From Halarcobacter sp. (GTDB lineage Bacteria > Campylobacterota > Campylobacteria > Campylobacterales > Arcobacteraceae), in assembly GCA_048571215.1 (NCBI GenBank), contig CP182352.1, forward strand, positions 1,952,001-2,016,000: a DNA stretch of 64,000 bases. The letters are read 5' to 3'. Both the position numbers and the translations under genes were made by a program. Numbering within the stretch: the first letter of the stretch is position 1; every line of letters starts with the position of its first letter. Positions 63,264 through 64,000 of this stretch are shown here, one piece after another. The notes under the pieces were generated by a model that worked only from the letters and a program-made list of their open reading frames with translations, did not search any database and had not been told where the DNA came from.

Positions 63264-64000
63264 TTAGCTTTGCATTCCATTATTGGACTTTTTTCTTCTT
63301 TGGTAATAACTCTTATCTATTACTATGTTTTTTTGTTTCTCTTTTTTGCCATTATCTTTTTCTACAAAGATTTTTTTTCTAGTTACTGGGTCAAGTTCAG
63401 TATAATACATCACACTAGAATAGGTTCCAGGTGTCGGTGTAAACACTTGTGCTTGTTCTGGATTCATCTTTAGTTCATGGGTAGTAAACTGTTTTAACTC
63501 ATGCATATCCCTCTCTTCACACCCTGGGTGTGCTGCAATCAAATAATATGTTAAAAACTGTTTTTTCCCAGCTTCTTTGTTTAATCTATCATACATCTTT
63601 TTAAACTCAATAAGTGGTTGTTTCCCAGGTTTTCCCATTAGTTTTAAAACTCTATCTGAGGTGTGTTCAGGTGCAACTTTCATTTGACCTGAAATATGAT
63701 GATTTACAAGCTCTTTAAGATATTCATAACCATGTTTTTTATCTGCACTTATGAAGTCATATCTTAAACCAGAAGCTACAAAAGCTTTTTTAATCCCTGG
63801 AACTTGTCTAATATCTCTTAGAAGTTTCAAGTGTCTACTATGATCAACTTTCATAACCTTGCAAAGTCTATCAAAATCTACACATCTAATATCATCACAG
63901 GTACCCTTTTTAAGTTTTTTCCCACACTCATATCCATACATATTAGCAGTAGGCCCTCCAACATCTGAGATAACACCTTTGAAGTCTTTCATCTTGGTAA
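63264..64000 (-). CDS. ygiQ: YgiQ-family radical SAM protein, C-terminal part (5' end outside window)
   Basis: SDVGGPTANMY, SGLRYD, KVAPEH, YLIAAHPG, QVFTPTP. Confidence 0.85.
   Translation of the reverse strand, partial: TKMKDFKGVISDVGGPTANMYGYECGKKLKKGTCDDIRCVDFDRLCKVMKVDHSRHLKLLRDIRQVPGIKKAFVASGLRYDFISADKKHGYEYLKELVNHHISGQMKVAPEHTSDRVLKLMGKPGKQPLIEFKKMYDRLNKEAGKKQFLTYYLIAAHPGCEERDMHELKQFTTHELKMNPEQAQVFTPTPGTYSSVMYYTELDPVTRKKIFVEKDNGKKEKQKNIVIDKSYYQRRKKSNNGMQS

Noticed and set aside
1..64000. Integrase, transposase, reverse transcriptase or prophage genes
   Set aside because: No ORF in the track shows tyrosine/serine recombinase, DDE, HUH, RT or phage structural motifs

Overview
This is an AT-rich bacterial chromosome segment whose gene content and style suggest Campylobacterota, probably Arcobacteraceae (inference). 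Most of it is housekeeping, transport and signalling: a TRAP/USP/catabolic cluster, two-component systems, xth, an MCP, a GGDEF protein, a hemL-like gene, uvrC, alr, a rimK operon, mgtE, zntB, MscS, two adk genes, bioA and a partial ygiQ. The most notable region is ~24.0-28.7 kb. It holds a minus-strand integron-type gene cassette array with three attC sites (SIR2-like, 75-aa and GC-rich cassettes plus a decayed tail), and no integrase is visible in the window. Directly upstream lies a non-coding array of three tandem ~600-bp units. Each unit is a back-to-back inverted pair of a ~215-nt multi-stem element, giving 6 copies with compensatory base changes and strand-specific G-T pairs. Other items worth a look are an uncharacterised outer-membrane/secreted 3-gene operon (13.4-19.4 kb), a divergent hemL beside an ATP-grasp gene, an Ig-like domain fused to a TRAP permease, and two candidate regulatory RNAs. 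No rRNA, tRNA or CRISPR array was seen. All family calls come from motif recognition by eye; no searches were run.
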